In this document: piece after piece, positions 63,053-64,000 of the stretch
How the letters are laid out: each line of letters opens with the position of its first letter
Position numbering within the stretch: the first letter of the stretch is position 1
Assembly (NCBI RefSeq): GCF_039654945.1
Contig: NW_027361788.1
Span: 21,390,001-21,454,000, forward strand
DNA: 64,000 bases
Source of the DNA: Dendrobates tinctorius
Taxonomy: Eukaryota
Direction: 5' to 3'
Position numbers and translations under genes: made by a program
Notes under the pieces: generated by a model
The model's input: the letters and a program-made list of their open reading frames with translations, nothing else
Databases searched by the model: none
What the model was told of the DNA's origin: nothing

Positions 63053-64000
63053 TGGAAGTTTGTTTTTCCCACCCCAGGGACTGCTTTGGGACGTCCCATG
63101 GTCTCTGTGTCCCCCAATGAGGCGAAAGAGAAAACAGGATTTTTGGGTTGCTTACCGTAAAATCTGTTTCTCGGAGCCTTCATTGGGGGACACAGCACCC
63201 TCCCATGTTCTACAACTCCTGCTCTTATGATTGTTGGTTGTTTACAGTTGAGTTGTTTGTTCTGTTTTCAATCTATTCTGTTACTTCTACTGCTTTCTCA
63301 CTAACAGGAATTTCCTGCCGGTCGGTGGGGTGTATACTGCGGAGGAGGAGCTAACCTTTTTTTGTGCATAGTGTCAGCCTCCTCATGGCAGCAGCATACA
63401 CTCATGGTCTCTGTGTCCTCCAATGAAGGCTCCGAGGAACAGATTTTATGATAAGCAACCCAAAAATCCTGTTGTTGCGATTCTCACAACCACGTATTTT
63501 CCCATCCATTTTGCAGATACAATTAACCCTTACGAGATCGGGGTTAAAAAAAAAAACTTGCATAAACTTTACTTAAAGAAATTGGAAAAGAAAATGCAGG
63601 ACAATGTCCTAAAAAATAACGCCTCCCCTCCCCCATCAGACCTGTATAGACCTCTGGTGCTCCTGCTTGTGTTTATTTTGATACTGTCAGCATGGGACCA
63701 CTGCGGCCAATCAGTTGCACGCGCCTGAACGCTGCTCTTGTCTGCCGATATAGGGGTCCACACACATCAGCTGCCCCCTCTGTGCCGGTCTCTTCATTCA
63801 ATGATGTTTGATCACAAGCTTCTCCAGCAATTGCTTACGAACAAGACAGAAGGCCGAGCATTACTACAGAAAGATGGAGTACAAAACTGCACAAAATAAA
63901 AATATAGCAGATCATCATCGGTAGAGTTCAGCTCTTAGGCTAAGTGCACACATACCGGAACTCTCGCGGAAATTACCGCGAGAATTCCGGAATTCCAGTC

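Larger units (their letters stand above)
57574..63473 (+). mobile_element. DIRS1-type tyrosine-recombinase retrotransposon, near full length
   Basis: Inverted terminal repeats (57574-57705 vs 63307-63426, plus right extension to 63473); internal complementary region 63096-63195; gag-like, RT (YLDD), RNaseH, methyltransferase-like and YR frames. Confidence 0.95.

Overview
This is vertebrate genomic DNA, most likely from a frog (anuran), judged from the gene set and repeat content; it is not prokaryotic. Three host genes can be reconstructed by hand: intronless SLC10A3 (+, 1083-2444), 5-exon PLP2 (-, 31186 to 9853, 152 aa) and 11-exon GPKOW (+, 43034-57357, 485 aa, last intron GC-AG). The rest is dense transposon terrain: a near full-length DIRS1-type tyrosine-recombinase retrotransposon (about 57574-63473), a decayed Gmr1-type Gypsy element with integrase-RT-RNaseH order (36223-41998), a DD37E Tc1-like transposon (48530-50335), a CR1 3' fragment, a V-SINE, many PIF/Harbinger-, hAT- and TTAA-type MITEs, and five minisatellites. 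The huge ORFs at 28.2-31.4 kb, 13 kb and 56 kb are tandem-repeat artefacts. The most unusual items are a foldback hAT element with an 8-bp TSD whose long arms include transposase coding sequence of invertebrate hATm type, a three-copy intronic MITE that carries a ready-made cassette exon and splice donors on both strands, and an AG-poor, stop-free 31-bp array in frame with PLP2 exon 1. I cannot establish a wholly new biological system from sequence alone; the findings are candidates to test.
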